Shown: positions 62,720 through 64,000 of the stretch, piece by piece
Layout of the letters: each line of letters opens with the position of its first letter
How positions within the stretch are numbered: the first letter of the stretch is position 1
From: an uncultured Lachnospiraceae bacterium
GTDB lineage: Bacteria; Bacillota; Clostridia; Lachnospirales; Lachnospiraceae
Direction of reading: 5' to 3'
Length of the DNA stretch: 64,000 bases
Assembly: GCA_900317825.1 (NCBI GenBank)
Contig: ONIH01000003.1
Coordinates: 23,048-87,047 of the forward strand
Position numbers and translations under genes: made by a program
Notes under the pieces: model-generated
The model's input: the letters and a program-made list of their open reading frames with translations, nothing else
Database searches by the model: none
What the model was told of the DNA's origin: nothing

Positions 62720-62774
62720 GGCGTGGATATGCCGGGGTGGGACGACGGCGTGGATATGCCCGGGGTGGGACGAC
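62720..62774 (+). repeat. GC-rich 27/28-bp tandem repeat, two copies
   Basis: GGCGTGGATATGCC(C)GGGGTGGGACGAC at 62720 and 62747. Confidence 0.9.
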
Positions 62775-62926
62775 GGCGGTTGTCTGCTCAACAGTGATTT
62801 TTCTGTTCCGTCGCACGCGTCTATTAACTGCCCTCTGGCCCAAACGGAGCTTGCGTCGCGGGCCACCCGGGCAGTAACTAGCGTGCTCCGTCACAACGAA
62901 AAATCCCTATTCGCATCCAACTCGCT

Positions 62927-63076
62927 CGTCGCCCCAACCCTGTATAGCCGCCACCAAAAAGCGGCTTCTTTGCAAAGCATGCTGATACGTCGACCCACCC
63001 TTGTATAGCCGCCACCAAAAAGCGGCTTCTTTGCAAAGCATGCTGATTCGTCGCCCCACCCCTGTATAGTCGCCAC
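62927..63076 (+). repeat. 61-bp tandem repeat, about 2.5 copies
   Basis: CGTCGCCCCAACCCTGTATAGCCGCCACCAAAAAGCGGCTTCTTTGCAAAGCATGCTGATA at 62927 and 62988, partial copy at 63049. Confidence 0.92.
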
Positions 63077-63177
63077 AGCAAATTCAAAACGAACAATACA
63101 ACATAATAAATTATACGTAATCAGATGCCAGTCAAGACATACAATAAAGAGATCCATATACATTGCAAGCCAAAGAT

Positions 63178-63358
63178 TATAGAAAACACTTGTTAAATTA
63201 CAAAAAAGTTTAATATAGAAACGCTTATAAAATTATAAACAAAAAAGCTTTAATATAGAAACTCATATCAAATTATAAACAAAAAGGCATTTTATAAAAA
63301 TTCTTGTCAGAATAAAATTCAAAAGACATGTGATATAGAAATTATATCAATGTTAAAC
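63178..63358 (+). repeat. AT-rich degenerate repeats with a period of about 40 bp
   Basis: TATAGAAA at 63178, 63214, 63254 and 63334; units 2 and 3 share AAATTATAAACAAAAA. Confidence 0.75.
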
Positions 63359-63478
63359 CTTATGAAACCGCAATTCATTCCAGATCTGATAAAGGAAGTC
63401 TTCCCATACAGTTGTGAAAAGCATCAATAAACGTAAAAAAATTATGGTTCCCAATTACTATAATTCCACACATTTTTA

Positions 63479-63507
63479 TAGAAAAGTTTCACGTGAAATG
63501 CTATAAT
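63479..63507 (+). promoter_or_regulatory. Putative SigA promoter with a parS-like site in its spacer
   Basis: TAGAAA (63479)-N17-TATAAT (63502) with extended TG; the spacer holds AGTTTCACGTGAAATG (13/16 match to parS). Confidence 0.6.
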
Positions 63508-63774
63508 ATCATAGTTGTTTAACAAAATAAGCGTAGCTATAGTTGATCAACAGAACGAGCTAAGTGCAAAAATCCGGTTTGGGCCACGCAGAACATAAAT
63601 GAATGATCTGTATCAGGTGGATGACTGAAAATGAGACAAGTTTCGCGCACACGCAGCTTATAATTGATTAGCCAGTTTTATGGGAGTCGAACAATATGAA
63701 TTGACGCTGGCCGCGTGGCGGTCTGGTTTATTTATAAATGACACGACTACATTTTTAAAAGAGAGGTAATAATT

Positions 63775-64000
63775 TTGAACAAAGTAATAGCCATTGCCAA
63801 CCAAAAAGGCGGTGTCGGTAAAACCACCACCGCCATTAACCTGTCATCATGTATGGCAGAAACAGGAAAGAAAGTACTGATAATCGATCTTGATCCGCAG
63901 GGAAATACGACAAGTGGACTTGGAATCGATAAGAACAATGTCGAGAGCACAGTCTATGAACTGATGCTTGATGAGTGTTCTATCAAGGAAGCCATAAAGA
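63775..64000 (+). CDS. parA: Chromosome partitioning ATPase ParA/Soj (partial, runs off the window)
   Basis: GAGAGG RBS, TTG start; translation [22 protein letters not shown]...[14 protein letters not shown]. Confidence 0.95.
   Translation, partial: MNKVIAIANQKGGVGKTTTAINLSSCMAETGKKVLIIDLDPQGNTTSGLGIDKNNVESTVYELMLDECSIKEAIK

Noticed and set aside
62927-63076. Possible mini-CRISPR array
   Set aside because: The whole 61-bp unit repeats with no unique spacers and there are no cas genes; it is a tandem duplication
62634-63163. Short ORFs from the track across the repeat island
   Set aside because: They are translations of the repeats on both strands, with no RBS or recognisable motif
63520-63770. 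Possible structured RNA in the parA leader (GCCACGC/GCGTGGC pairing)
   Set aside because: Only one 7-bp long-range stem is evident by eye, which is too weak to claim

Overview
Origin-of-replication region of a Lachnospiraceae-like (Clostridia) chromosome; the taxon is inferred from gene content and order. Most genes run on the minus strand from about 55 kb leftward and on the plus strand to the right, switching at dnaA/rpmH. Core block: fumAB-like<-gyrA<-gyrB<-recF<-yaaA<-dnaN<-dnaA | rpmH-rnpA-yidD-yidC-jag-mnmE-mnmG-rsmG-orf-parS-parA. Left arm: dnaX-ybaB-recR, pfkA, greA, rpiB, galM, glgB, a YbhJ-type hydratase, hydF, SRP RNA, tadA, a GGDEF protein, rsmA-tatD-metG, mntP with a Ca/Na exchanger, tyrS, a complete T-box-controlled trpEGDCFBA operon, cstA and three tRNAs. 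I found no CRISPR array, transposase, integrase or prophage. The most interesting signals are non-coding. (1) A yybP-ykoY (Mn) riboswitch leader of mntP, about 23 kb from oriC, carries four perfect DnaA boxes, and an inverted pair of them forms one arm of the riboswitch. (2) A 1.2 kb repeat island before parA holds parS sites, a long GC-rich nested palindrome with tandem-expanded arms, 40-bp AT-rich repeats, and a parS-like site in a promoter spacer. (3) REP-like palindromes lie in the trp operon. (4) A structured insert separates mnmG and rsmG. All calls are by eye; no database searches were run.
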